Made by a program: the position numbers and the translations under genes. 64,000 nt of DNA from Octopus vulgaris (lineage: Eukaryota): contig OX597836.1 of assembly GCA_951406725.2 (NCBI GenBank), positions 1,054,001-1,118,000 on the forward strand. The letters run 5' to 3'. The number at the start of each line of letters is the position of its first letter. The first letter of the stretch is position 1. The notes beneath the pieces were generated by a model that did no database searches, was not told the DNA's origin, and saw nothing but the letters and a program-made list of their open reading frames with translations. Shown here one piece after another: positions 25,800-39,619 of this stretch.

Positions 25800-27707
25800 G
25801 GAATTAGAATAATAATAGAAGCCTGTTATTAATAATGATCAGAATAAGTTTTGGTGTCTGGAACTGAATTCCAACAGGTCTGAATATCGATGTTTGCAGG
25901 CGAAATATATGAATGTTTGCAGCAGGCTCGTGTTTATAAAAGGAAAGTCCCTTGGGAACACACGAAGAAATGCATGGAAACGAAGCAAACAGCATGGGAC
26001 GGAAATATTGAGAAAAAGACAATAAATAAGAGAAATGGTGTGTGAGTCGTTAATGAGAACAGTGACAAAAGGAAATTACCGAACAACAAGGAGAGACAAA
26101 AACGTATAAGAAATGATATGTACGGGAAATAAGAAGAAAAGCGCTGAAAGCTGTAGAACTTTGCTAAATCACAAACAATTCGTCGGTATGAGAAAAACGC
26201 CAACGATTCTTTGAACAAAAGAACCAGTTTGACTTCGTCCCAAACGATTCTACCAAGAACTTGGTAAAAATAAAATAGAAGTCAATGCGGCACCGACAGC
26301 AAGAGAGGAATTTTGGGAATGGGGATGGACTGCGATGGAATTATCCTAGAATATCTTAAGACAACAAAAAGCAGCCGAACATATTTGGACGCCAAAACAA
26401 AAGAAAAGTTTATTCAGGTACTGAGAAAAAAAAAATGAAATAACCGGAAGACACCAGGACATGAAAAGATGCCCAAATTTTGGTTTAAATATTTAACAAG
26501 CATAAAATATTGGTAGATAAGATTCAGGAGATGCTGACGGAGCCTGAAACAGCTGAACGGTTCAAGGTTGAGAAAAACCATTTTAATTTCTAAATCTACT
26601 GAAACTACAATACTACAAAATTACAGACTCATAAATCTGTTTCGCTACAACTTACAAAACCCTAACTGCAATGATATTGCGGTGAGGGTTCTTTTTTTTA
26701 TCGGGAAGAAAACAATCTGTCTCCAGAAGAATAAAAGAGCTGCGGCGGCAAAGTGTGATACAGTTGTAAAGATCCGTTGTTGATCAATACAACCGAAGGA
26801 AAAAGAATGGTCTGAACATAGCGTGGATTGGCGATGGGAAGGCTTTTGGCAGTGATCTCCACACGTGGATCTTGGAAATGCTAGCCATGAATGAGGCAGC
26901 ATCAACAGTTGAAGAATACTTAAAACATGAGTAAATATCAAACAGTTCTGACGCTTCAGACAAAAGATTAAATATAAGGAACTAAAGCCATTGCCATAAG
27001 GAGAGGAATATTCCAAAATACCAGGATCGGTCCTTTTCTTTCTTTTCTATCTGGCATCGGTGCATTTAACAGGCATACTAAGCAGAACTGGACACGAATA
27101 CAAGGATACAACAAGTACGGTAGACCAACCAACTACCTCTCTGTTATGGATGATCTCATGCCGCGTGCTACAAATGATAAACAACTGTGTAAAACTTTCT
27201 CCAGAGAGCACATGGATTTACCATCAACTTACAAAGAGTAAAGACGTGGTATGATCAAACCCCAGAAGTCGTCACTGAGAATGAGAATTGCAAAATTTTG
27301 TGGGATGCAATTATCCAGTGCGATCCCCCGATCAGACATCGGAAACCGGACATTGTTGAGGTGAATAAAAAAGAAAGAACATGTATGATGATCGATATAG
27401 CATGCCTGGATGACGACAGGATCGATGTGAAGGAAGACGAAAAAATAAACAACTATGACGATTTGAAGTGGGAAATACGAAGGTTGTGGTCAAGGAAGAG
27501 AGTAGATGTGATATCAGTAGTAATTGGTGCACTTTAAAGTATCAGCACTCAGCTACCAACATGGATGAAAAAGATCATTGCTTGGAACTGCAAGAATTCT
27601 TCGTAGGGTTCTTGAAGCATGACCAGTAAACAAGTGTCACCTTAGTCAGCTGGCTGTGGACAGCTGACACTTTCCACCACACCCAGCAAAATAAGCTGTG
27701 AGTTTTC

Positions 27708-27742
<35 letters not shown>
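25800..27742 (+). mobile_element. R4/Dong-type non-LTR retrotransposon remnant with restriction-like endonuclease and (TAA)n tail
   Basis: AKSQTIRRYEK..KRFYQELGK; KILWDAIIQCD..RKPDIVEVNKKERTCMMIDIAC..KEDEKINNYDDLKWEIRRLW..VVIGAL; (TAA)n at 27709-27742. Confidence 0.88.
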
Positions 27743-27744
<2 letters not shown>

Positions 27745-28906
27745 GTCGATATATTATAATAAAGGCAAACGCAGTCCAATATTTGTGCAAACACTCATTA
27801 AACCTCATTAAATGCTGCTCATGGGATCTGACAGAACGACTGTCAACTGTAATTATATTAACCTCAATGCCTGTTCCTAGATTCGAACCTCTAGCCTCTT
27901 CATATTATTTACAAATACTGCACTGTACGTAATAAGCGCCCCTCCATCAGCCTCACCCCGAGCCCTTTTAAATACTCTTAAAAGAATATAACCATTCTTT
28001 GAAAAACATTATTCATTTAAAAGAAAACTTTTTATTTCATCTGAAACGTAAAAAGGAAATACGTTCCTTAAAATTCAAATGAAACGTTTTACCTTAAGCA
28101 AAGTTTTACAGTAGAAATAAGAAAGAATGGAAAGTTTCCACATCCTGGAGCCTAGGAACACTATTTGCCAAAGGCAAAATTTTAAATAAAATTTCCAAAA
28201 CTAATTTCTTTTACGCATAAAATCTTGAAAATTTTCATTCATCTTCATTCAGTAATTATTCTCAAAAACATTCTCCCTTTCTGCACTAACTTGACCCCAT
28301 TTTAACCCAACTCATTTCCTCATAGTTTATGCCTATCAGTTTTCTTTCCATTACTTCGATCCATTTAGCGAAGATTTCACTCACATCCAACCGAGATATT
28401 TCTAACCACCCAACTAAAAGCTTTAATCTTAACCATTTCTCAGTGGTTAGGTTGAGGTTGCTATTAAAATAACAACCTAAATTAAATAAATTCGGAATCT
28501 ACTTTCTCCCCCAGTTCTATATTCTGTAACGATTTTCTCACCTCTTCCCTTTCATCCACATTTTTCACATACTTACCTACATCTGCTCATAGACTGATGT
28601 TATAAATACTTAATCATTTATATGCGATTCAGTTATCATTTATTTATTCTGAAGTTTCTCTTCTACTTCCTTCCTATAGTTATTTATATTTCTATCCACC
28701 GATGAACTCTCTGTATATTATTCTATTTCTATGACCTAATAATTCTTCATTTGAAACACTCTTCAACCCAAAATATTTATCTCCTACATCTAACTTACCC
28801 TTATATGTCCGTTTACCAACGGATCTACTACACTTTTATCAGCACTAACATAGCACATACAACATATTTCTATATATCATCAACATATTGACTATTATAA
28901 TTTATC

Positions 28907-30135
28907 GTTATTATTATTATTATCATTATTATTATTATTGCCTTTGCACAGCTTCTAACGCCGGAGATGTACTACGGTGTCAGCTGTTCACTACCAGTGA
29001 ACTAAGGTAACACGTCTTATGTTTCGAGCACCATCCGGAGTATTCGAGCGGATTTCTGCAAGTGCTCCACCCTTATTACAGCCCTTATTTGTTCCATGTA
29101 CTTCTCGAGATTTTTACTCCCTGTTCCCAGGGCTCCGACAATTATTGGTACTACTACCACCTTTTTCAGCCACCCCAACTGCTTAACCTCCCAAACTAAT
29201 CTGTCGTATCTCTCGACTTTTCTTTCTTCCTTATCGCATCCCTTGTCAGCTGGGTATGCTACATCTATGATCCAGTATCATTTGCTTTCTTTCCCAATTA
29301 ACACTATGTCTGGTCTTCCTATTCTCTATCTCATGGTCGCACTGAATCATAAAATCTCACAGGATCTTTGCATTATCAGTTTCAATGATGCCTTCGGGTT
29401 TACGTTCGTACCACTTTTTGCTCTGTCAAGTCCATACTTGTTGCAAACTGTCCAATGGACAATCCTTGCTATGTTGTCATAACGTCTCTTATATTCTTTC
29501 TATGGTAGTGGCGTACATTCATTGGTCATCTGTCATACGGTTTCACCACTTTGTCCACAAATTCTGCACTTATCACTTTCTGATGTGTTGTCTATTCTGT
29601 ATTTTATGTAATTCATTCTTAATGCTTGCTCATAGGTAGCACAGATTAGAACCCCCGTTTCCGGTTTTAAATCACTTTTAGTCATCCATAGCCATCTTTT
29701 TTCTCTGTCTGTCTTATCTTCAACATCCCTATGAAATTATCCATGCATTCTTTATCCAAGTATTTTCAGTTTCATTCATTTTCAAGTGCTTATACAGTGC
29801 TTTATCTTTGCAATATTTCATCCTACACAAGCCTGACCCTACGTCCAATAACAGTGCTTCTGTAGCTTTTTTTACATACCATGCTATGTTGTTTTCTTCT
29901 GTTCTAACGCTGTGTTCGCATCCACTTTAAGCCCCTTCTTTCAACATCATACTTCCTGTTCAGTGCTCTGTATTTCTGTTCGCTTTTAAGCTCCCCCTTT
30001 TCCTTTTCCGTATCCCTTTTGTTCTACTGGCAGAAAATTATTTTCCGCCAGGAACGTATATATTTTCCCTGCGTGAGTACCTGTTAATACTTTCCATAAG
30101 AGGTTAAGACCTATCATAATAATAATAATAATAAT
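28907..30135 (-). mobile_element. R4/Dong-type retrotransposon, 3' portion
   Basis: Zn-knuckle-like DKCRICGQSGETV; RYDNIARIVHW; KPEGIIETDNAKIL*DFMIQCDH; (TTA)n tail at 28907-28939. Confidence 0.85.
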
Positions 30136-30397
30136 CTAGCCTTATTTCCTTGCTCCCTTTCCCTGCATTCCCCTTATACAGCTCTCTGCACTCTTAGGAC
30201 ATTCACTCGTTTGCTTTGCTTTTCTGGTTTCCATTTCATCGAAAGTGCTCAACACATTACGTGTCTTGTGTCTTCTGCTATTTTCTCTGTGCTATGCAAT
30301 ATGAAGCATGTTTACAAGTCCTGAATTTCGATTATACTTTTATCTTCATAATAATTATGTTATACTTTGATTATCGATCTATTTAAGTCAATCAACT

Positions 30398-30575
30398 AGC
30401 GGAAACGTTAGCACGCCGGACAAGATGCTTAGAGGTCTTTAGGTTCTAGGTTCAAATTCCGCCGAGGTTGACTTTACCTTTCATTCTTCCGAGGTCGTTA
30501 AAATAAGTCCCAGTTGAGCACCGGGGTCAATGTAATCGAAATTGCTGGGCCTTGAGCCTATAGGGGGAAAGAATT
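30398..30575 (+). mobile_element. SINE family B
   Basis: gaaacgttagcacgccgg..ggttcaaattccgccgaggttgactttacctttcattcttccgaggtcg. Confidence 0.85.
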
Positions 30576-30599
30576 ATAATCGTTGTTAATCTTCTTATA

Positions 30600-31700
30600 C
30601 TAGCTTAAACCGATCCACAAGACTTCATCTTCCAACATCAATTGGCACAACATAGGGTTTCTTCATCTTAAATAGTTTCCATAAATTTGTAACGTAAATC
30701 CAAACTGAATTTTAAGTAGATTCCCTTTCATTTGTCAGTCACGCATCTACTCTCTAACTCTTGCTAAGTATGTGAACCTTATAAACATTTTACTTCATCC
30801 TACTTCATCCTACCCCCCCCACACACACACCTGTTTCATCCCCTTTATTGCTTGTCTCTTGTTTGTTTTTACTTATTTTTATGGGTTTTTTTCAACTTCT
30901 GTATTTTATTCTTCCCTTCTGTAAACACTTTCTAAACAACAATTTATTTACCGTTTTCCTTTTATCTCCACAATTCCTTCGTTTAGGTAATCGCTTCCCC
31001 CAACTACTTGTTTCGCTCCAAATTCCTCTCGTTCTTTGAACCGACCTCATTTATCACTGTTAATTAACAAACTCTGAAAAGCGTTGTTTATATATGTTAT
31101 CCTTTTCAATATACTTGCCTTTCCAACTACGCCGGAATTATTTTTATGTTTATCAATCGAATAACCGAAGAAATGTTTTGTTTTGTTAATCGAAGATACC
31201 TGAATACATTTACTTTGTTTCGCTTGGCTTTTGACTCAGTTTAATCATTATATTATTATCTTAGCTTAATTACATCAAAACCATCGAGGATTTATTTTAA
31301 AACAACATCATAATCATTTATTAATTTTACTAAACCATTCTTCACTTACTCGTTCTTCTTCCCCAATATTCAAACGACACACATTGTTTTTATAACTAAA
31401 TTTATTAATTTGAGCTTTGATGTCAATTTCTAGAATATTTACACAATCTATAACGTTACTTAATTACTTCACAACATTTACTAATCTAACTTCATTAAAT
31501 TTAATATAAACCATTATCCATTCGATACCAGGAAAGACAGATCTTTTCCTAGTTACTTGTCCATATTTATTTGAAATTTATTCACTTCTTTAGGGTTTTC
31601 ACTTTTTAAATATGACCCTCTGTTTTGCCTACTATGGACGCCTCTTTCTATTCCAGAGTAAATCCTTCAGCACCAGATCTTTACACTTAGATTCATAAAG
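30600..31700 (-). mobile_element. Possible highly decayed L1/Tx1-like LINE (may continue at 27900-28880)
   Basis: Purine-skewed minus strand with weak RT-like fragments such as IYSGIE; many stops. Confidence 0.25.
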
Positions 31701-32337
31701 AATTCTACGATTACTTCCATCATTTGAAAATAAAATTATGAAACTGCAGAAGAATTTTAAACGAAAAAAATACAAAAAATAAAGCATACCAAATTTAGTG
31801 GATACTTTCATTAGCGGTCTACAAGTGTATGTATGTATGTATATATGAATGTGTACATGTATGCATATATGTATTCATGTAGGCATGCATGCATGTATGT
31901 ATGCATGCATGCATACATGCGTGTGTGTATATGTATGTATATAAGTATGCATGCATGCGTATGTATGTATGTCATTCAGTTTTATTTCAAGATTTATGGC
32001 CAATAGAGAAAGAGCCGGTTTCTAACCCTGATCCAAGATTCTTTCATTGGAATTTCAACAACAACAGGGTATTTTTGTTTGTTTGTATGTAAATGTGCAG
32101 AGTTGTTTGTTTTGTTTTATGTATTCTCATGCATTTAGTTGTGTATCTAGACATGCTCATATATATTTAAATGATAAAATTCTGGAAAGTTGTACGGAAT
32201 TTTACAGTTCCAGTGATGGACTGGATCTGTAGTCTTGGAATTAGCTTTCTCCTTTCTGGTTTTGAGAAGCCTAATTTCAGTATGTATGTATGTATGTATG
32301 TATGCATGCATGTAGGGTAATGTGTGTGTGTGTATGT

Positions 32338-32383
<46 letters not shown>

Positions 32384-32543
32384 ATCTTTGATCGTACGTA
32401 GTCGTATGAGGGTAAAATAAAAATATTCCTAGATACTTGTGCGCAATCCTTCGCTATTCTTCTCCGCCACAGTTTTCGAGCAAACCACGTGAGTGATTGA
32501 CTTGGATTTGTGACTTAGTTTTTCAATTTCAAAAATTAATATA

Positions 32544-32920
32544 GGCGCAGGAGTGACTGTGTGGTAAGTAGCTTGCTTACTAGCCACATGGTTCCGGGTT
32601 GAGTCTCACTGCGAGGGAACTTGGGCAAGTGCCTTCTATTATAGTCTCGTGCCGACCAAAGCCTTGTGAGTGGATTTGGTAGACGGAAGCTGAAAGAAGC
32701 CCGTCGTATGTGTGTGTGTATGTTTGTCTCTCCAACATCACTTGACAACTGATGCTGGCGTGTTTATGTCCCTGTAATCTAGCAGTTCGGCAAAACAGAC
32801 CGATATAATAATTAGTAGGCTTACAAAGAATTAGTTCTGGGGTTGATTTGCTCAAGTAAAGGCGGTGCTCCAGCATGGCTGCAGTCAAACGACAGAAACA
32901 AGTAAAAGAATTAAAGAATA
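32544..32920 (+). mobile_element. SINE family A, full length
   Basis: ggcgcaggagtgactgtgtggtaag head to ggtgctccagcatggctgcagtcaaacgacagaaacaagtaaaag tail. Confidence 0.92.
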
Positions 32921-33353
32921 TATTAAAATAAAGCGTTTTCGGTAGAAAAGAGAATAGAATGTTGCTAACAATGAGTGAATCAAAAGAAATACACATATAT
33001 ACACATATACATACATCATGTATACGTACATTATATATACGTACATTATATATACGTACATTATATATATATATGCACATATGTGTGTGAAGTCGAGTAT
33101 GAATGTAGACAGGTTGTCGTATACACCGCTATAATTCTTGGCAGCTTGAGTGCAACATGTCTCTTTGCACATTGAGAGATCGTGGTGTATGAGTGTTTAC
33201 TTAGAGTGGAAGTAGAGTGAATGGCCGTGTGGAGTGGCTGAGTTTAGGAAAGTGGTGAGAACGGAGTCTGGCTGTCGATGTGGAGTGGGAGGACATCGAG
33301 TGGCTGCAGGGATAATAACGAGTGGATTTTTAAGTGACATAGAGGCAGACACG

Positions 33354-33387
<34 letters not shown>

Positions 33388-33644
33388 GTATAGAAGTAGT
33401 CATTAAAGTGGAATGTATGTATATATATGTGTATATATATCTATATATATATCGCGCTCTCTCCATTGATCTTCGTATGTTGTCATTAATGTACGACTTT
33501 CCGTATCTTAAGTTGTCTCTCGTTCTTCTCACATATCTACATGTATCACTTACTCTTTCTCAATCCGTATTTATATAGGTGTGTGTGCAGGAGCGTATGC
33601 GCCACCCCCACGTATGTGTATATATCTTATATATATATATATAT

Positions 33645-33830
33645 ACACACCCATACATATATATATATATACACACACCCATACATATATATATATATAC
33701 ACACACCCATACATATATATATATATATACACACACCCATACATATATATATATATACACACACCCATACATATATATATATATACACACACCCATACAT
33801 ATATATATATATACACACCCATACCTATAT
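33645..33830. repeat. Minisatellite acacacccatac(at)n, about 7 units
   Basis: cccatac recurs every ~28-30 nt. Confidence 0.85.
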
Positions 33831-34241
33831 ATATATATACATATATATAAATTTTTGAAATATTCTTGTACTCCCATATCTCTCTATCTATCTTTCTATC
33901 TATCTCATATATCCTATATAACACATTGTATCTTATATACATACCTATATACATAACTTCGTATACACGAACAGGCAAACGTGGTCTCTTTACAAATGTG
34001 TGTTTCTATAGAAAAGGAAAGTTTGACAGAGAAGAGGAGAACGTTCGAGAAAGAGAGAGAGAGAGAAAGAGAAAATGAAGAGGTAATAAAATAAATCGAT
34101 ATATCGATCTGGCACCGTATCATTATGTCCACTACTTGAGGTTAACAATCTGTGTTTGTCCTTATGTTCGGAGGAACACTTAGTAGTGTACATACATTCA
34201 TACACACATATATCCAAGAGACACACAGACATACTTTGTAT

Positions 34242-34276
<35 letters not shown>

Positions 34277-34303
34277 GAGATATATACACACACACACACA
34301 CAA

Positions 34304-34344
<41 letters not shown>

Positions 34345-34559
34345 GCCGTCAGTGTATGTGTGTGAGCCTATGTATCTATGTATGTGTATGCATGCCTGTA
34401 TGCATTGAAATCCAGTTCCACATATGCGATACACTTTCGTTTCTGTATTCAGAGACACGGATTTGCAAACAAATAACTCGCGGGGTGTAAAAGGAACACA
34501 GTCATACGGACAGAAATACCACCGTATACGTCGTATTTATATTATATATCACTTGTATT

Positions 34560-34803
34560 CTGGGTTCGATATCTCAGTGAGGTGCCTTGAAAAACCCATC
34601 ATATATATATGTATATATATATATGTGTGTGTGTGTGTTTGTCACATCCGCAGCCATCGCATGACCACCGGTGGTGGTTTGCTCACGTGCTTGTAACTTA
34701 GCGTTCGGCAAATGAGATTGATAGAATAAGCATCAGACTGTAAAATACATCCGGTGGTCGACTTGTTTAATAAACCCTTCAAGACGGTGCCCCAGCATGG
34801 CTA
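34560..34803 (+). mobile_element. SINE family A, diverged
   Basis: gtaacttagcgttcggcaaatgagattgatagaataag..ggtgccccagcatggct. Confidence 0.7.
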
Positions 34804-35093
34804 CACACACGCACGCACGCACGCGCGCACATATCTCACATCTGCCATACTTCTTTGAGCTACTTTCGTTTGTGGCTCGCAATGGTTCCTCTCCCTTCCG
34901 ACGGCACCAATTCCTTCCTCACCAAAAGAATCTAGAGATTCCTTCCAGGAATACACAGATTCTGTTGCTTCACAATGCATCATCCTTTTTTCTTTACTAT
35001 CCCTCATCTATGCTGTTCTTATCTTGTTGCCTAATATACATGGGTATGTGTGTGTGTTTGTGTGTGTGTGTGTGTGGGTGTGTTTGTGTGTGT

Positions 35094-35533
35094 GTGTGGT
35101 AAGAAGCTTGCTTTCCAGCCACATAGTTCTGGGTTCAGTCCCACTGCATGGCACCTTCATCATCATCATCATTGTTCGACCATGGTCGAGACAATGGAAC
35201 TTACTATGTTACGCCAGACTTCCCGGTCCATCATGGCATTACGGAGGTCCTGTTGCTGGATGCCAGTATCCCTGGAAATTACATCAGGGTAGGAGAGTGT
35301 GCGCTCTCTGGTATCGCGAGCAGATGGCTTCCAGAAGAGAAGAGTAGAAATTGCCTCATTTTCAGCTCTACAACAATGTCCAGCAAACTGGACTCTCCTA
35401 CCTTTCACAAGAGATGACACATGTGGTAGTTTCTCATATATTTGTACTTTGGTTGGATGACGCTTCTTCTATAGCCTCGGGCCGACCAAAGTCTTATGCG
35501 TGGATTTGGTAGACGGAAACTGAAAGAAGCCCG

Positions 35534-35537
<4 letters not shown>
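35094..35537 (+). mobile_element. SINE family A 5' half split by a LINE insertion
   Basis: Head up to ggcacctt (35157); resumes at cttctatagcctcgggccgacc (~35464). Confidence 0.85.
35158..35464 (-). mobile_element. 5'-truncated RTE-like LINE 3' end with (ATG)n tail
   Basis: KRHPTKVQIYEKLP..RRVQFAGHCCR..LLFWKP..LRNAMMDREVWR..*, followed by tgatgatg repeat. Confidence 0.85.
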
Positions 35538-35583
<46 letters not shown>

Positions 35584-35619
35584 CCTCTTGCTACAGTTAA
35601 TAGTATCAGAGTGCAATTC

Positions 35620-36050
35620 AAATGCCAAGGAAAAGAATCAACAGATTCTCGTCCCGGCCGACCTGGGCCATCGGAATGGAAACTTCACTGTTTGAAGAGA
35701 ATTGTGGAAAACAAACCCCTTTCGAAAGCTTCTGACATTGCAAAACAGCTAGAAGTTAGTCCAAGAACGTGTGTTACAATATCTGCATAAGCTTCAGTAC
35801 TATGGACGAGCAGCTAGAAGAAAACCTCGCCTTCAACCAATTAATATCATGAAAGAAAGAAATGGGCTCAGGAGATATCAGAAAATCCAGTTCATTTTGG
35901 GATAAAGTGATTTTCTCAGATGAATCCAGATTTGCATTGTTTTTAGACAGTTGGCGTGTTTGGGTCTGGAAGCTTCCCAATCAAGAATTTGATTTGAAAA
36001 TACTCCAGCCAACTGTGGAACATGGCGGTATCTCTGTAATGGTATGGGGT
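35620..36050 (+). mobile_element. Tc1-family transposase remnant (5' half)
   Basis: GRAARRKP; FWDKVIFSDESRFALF..RVWVW..LQPTVEHGGISVMVWG. Confidence 0.88.
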
Positions 36051-36109
36051 GTCTATTTACTCCCTGCATGTCTGTGTGTATAAATATATATTTGTGTGTG
36101 TGTGTGTGT

Positions 36110-36338
36110 GTGCGGTAAGAAGTTTGCTTCGCAATCACATGGTTCCGGGTTCAGTTCCACTGCGTGGCACCTTGGGTAAGTGTCTTCTACTATAGCATAG
36201 TTCCGAGCAAAGCCTTGTGAGTGGATTTGGTCGACGGAAACTGAGGGAAGCCCGTCGTATATATATATATATATGTAGGTCCCGGGTTGATTCGGGGTTA
36301 ACCACAGTAAATAAGGTACTCAATACATAGAGTAAAAT

Positions 36339-36370
<32 letters not shown>

Positions 36371-36545
36371 AATGAGTTTGCTACCCAGGTATCGATTAAC
36401 CGAATTATCCATACTAGGATAATTCATTCACCTACTTAAATATATATATATATATATATGTTTCTGTGTTTGTCCCCACCCCCCTATACTTGACAACCGA
36501 TGCAGTTGAGTTTACGACCCTGTAACTTAGCGGTTCAGCAAAAAC
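36110..36545 (+). mobile_element. SINE family A with extra ~160-bp insert in its internal (TA)n
   Basis: Head 36110-36260; body resumes ~36460 (gtgtttgtcccc..cttgacaaccgatg..gtaacttagcggttc). Confidence 0.8.
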
Positions 36546-36963
36546 ACCACAATAATAACGAAAACGACAATAACCACGGCAGCTACAACAACAATAACAG
36601 CAATAAGTAAATAACAACTGCAATAACAACAACAAAACCTCCGAGGGAAACCGTCTGAACCACTCGTATCGCGTCCCCAGACCAAACCTTGTTCCACTCA
36701 ACAGCATCACCGCCACCGCCATCATCATCATCATTATCATCATCATCATCGTGACTGACGCCACATCTGACCATAAACAACCTTCGATCGTTGATCGACT
36801 GTAAATGTAGGATCTCAAGTAAAATTGCTTTTCTATGCTTTTATCTCCAACACAAACACACAGACATTCATATCATCCCCCTCTATCCCGCCCCCGCACA
36901 CTAATCTCTTTTACATTTCAGTATCTATCTATCTTTCTCTCTCCTTGCCCTATTTCCCAATGC

Positions 36964-37006
<43 letters not shown>

Positions 37007-37488
37007 TCAATCTTATCTATTTTCCAAACTCTCAATGCTTCAACTCTTTCTCTCTAAATTCTAAACATCTCATTCCTCGTCTTTCATTATTTGTGTATCT
37101 CTCTCATTCTTTATCCTTCTCACGCTTTCTCTCTCCTTCTCTCTTTTTCTCCCCCCTTTCTCTCTCTCCTTTCCCGCCTCCAATTTCTCCTTCTGTCAAA
37201 TGCGCGTATGTATGTTTGGTGTCTACGAACTGTCTCCCCTTCTTAAACAATTTCAAGTGTCCTCGAGTCTCTATTAGCCTCTTTTGTGTGTAGCCATATT
37301 GTAGTCTGCATGTGACAGTTAAACGCTTTCTTGTTGCAGCACATTCGATGAACGCCATAATACTTTGCCTATCACATCAAACAACTTCCGTTGCACAAAT
37401 ATCATTAATACCTTTACACATATACACCAACACACCTACGCTCATATACATTACACACACAGACGTATACATAGATACAGATGCTGTA

Positions 37489-37527
<39 letters not shown>

Positions 37528-37842
37528 GCACATGCATTTGTATGTGTACTGGAAGCTACTTTTTGAGATCATTTTCGGTCGAAGATTTTTCGATAAAAAG
37601 AGCCGCCTGTTAACATTCAACAAATAAAGATTTGAATATCTCGCTAATTTCAGTTGCAATAGCGGGTTAAGCTTATCTATGATTATAATAACCGGCTGAA
37701 TCTACTCCAGCGTACATGTATGTTTATACAAGTCCATGCGTATATGTAGATGTGCATTTATATGTATACACACACACGGTTCAAGTTTACGAAAAATAAA
37801 AGACGATGAGAGATGAACGAACAGCAATTGTGTATAAGTTTG

Positions 37843-38010
37843 ATTCAGGACAAATGTTTACCATAAAAAAATATTATTCTACTTGTTCGTTAAAATATTT
37901 AATGTATTCTATGAAATGTAATGAATGTAGCGAGGATTTCATTGGTCACATAAAAGTCACTCTCAGAAATAGACTAACTGTTCATCGTCAACAAATACGA
38001 AACCCCAGTA
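37843..38010 (+). mobile_element. Penelope-like element GIY-YIG endonuclease remnant
   Basis: TCSLKYLMYSMKCNECSEDFIGHIKVTLRNRLTVHRQQIRNP matches the PLE pattern C.S..LIY...C..C...YIG.T...LR.R...H. Confidence 0.8.
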
Positions 38011-39564
38011 ACAACCTAACTTAGGATACAATCATGACTTTTCCTCTTATGACGCTAAAGCAGAAATTTAGTGGAGAACAAATCGTAACCATTCAGCAAC
38101 CAGGCTACTTAGAAACAACTCTCACCATTTGACAGATTTAAATGTAGAGACTTTTGTTGCTTGGGATAGTTGTTTGGGATAGCTAATAGAAAATAGCAAC
38201 TATTAACATCAAAGCAACGAGTTGGAAGAATCGTTAGCACACTGGACAGAACGCCGAGAGGCATTTATGGGATTACATTTGATCTTTGGCTTGCTCGCAA
38301 AAATCGGACGGAAGCCCTTAGTCTTTGAGAATTTCCTTGTAAAATAGGATTATTTAATAGATATTATGTATCACAAAATAACATTCCTACCCAAACAGCA
38401 TGTACAGAGTGAAAATTCGTAGATTTTCAAACCGTTTTAAAAGAGGCTGTGGCTTTTCGTTGCTCTTTAAATCAGTGGCTAGCGGACTCGCCGTCCGGTG
38501 TGTGAAGCAAGATTGTCGCTATTGAATGGATTTTTAGGAAAAAAAGCGATCTTTGGCTGTGCAAAAAAAATCTGTTTTAGTTGTGATATATGCACTGAAG
38601 TACTGGGAAAGCAAAAGGAAAAGTGAAGGTAGCAGAAAAGAGCAGAAGCAATAACAAGAGCAACATGCCCCAGTTCCCAAAATTCCATCAATCACAAATT
38701 CGAAAATGGCAGAAGAGGTTGCCACATACCAGGGTCTGGAGACCAACGATCCTATCACACAGCAGCACCATCTCATCGCCTTGTAAGGAGAAACAAAGAA
38801 TAGAATCTGGATCGGAGGATTCACAAAATAGTGGTGGAGAATAAAAAAGACAAGAGAGAAACCCATCCCGCCCTAGAAGTCACAACGGTAATGGTGTACC
38901 TTAAAGAGTGCATAATAGAATAGAGGAGAGGAGGAGGTGGCTAGCTGAGTAAAAGAGGTTACTGAGAAAAAAGTGGGGTCGTCACCGAGTTACTAACGGC
39001 CAGAGTAGACTTCGATGGAATTCTTGAACGCGAAACACGAAAGTCGCGGTGTTAGAGACGAAACTCATGCAGAAAAGCAACGTCTTAAAAAAAGAACAAA
39101 ATGGAAGGGATACATTCGACAAAGTCTTAAATATACAAAAGAAAGGAATGGTCAAAGTAGAACGCCTGGGCTCAAAGAGGATTGAGTCGGCGCTAAGCGA
39201 CAGGACTTAGGTCGATGCCAGTGAAGTATATAATGAATCCATTCTTTAAATAAAATGAAGGATGGAAGTTAAAATTGAAATTCAATCTTTAGGAGTGGAA
39301 GAGAATAGGCGAGTGGCGTCTGTAAAATTCTTGAAATGATGGAATGGCAGAAAGTAATATCAGTTTGACATTCTCACTTGTAAATAGGGATTGCCACTAG
39401 AATTGGTAAAATGCTGTAATACACACAAGCGCGAACACACATAAACATATACACATTACATACACGCACACACACACATACATATATATCAGTGAGGGCG
39501 AGAGAGAGGTGATATGCATACATCCGTCATCCCCACACAAATGCATAACTTATATACATACGTG

Positions 39565-39615
<51 letters not shown>

Positions 39616-39619
39616 ATTT

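Noticed and set aside
33197-33303. Possible minus-strand exon after ccctgcag, in phase with the 41768 donor (ATRCPPTPHRQPDSV..)
   Set aside because: No recognisable homology; joining the two is unsupported without transcripts
38620-39350. Purine-rich coding-like stretch, possibly LINE ORF1
   Set aside because: Fragmented frames and no diagnostic motif
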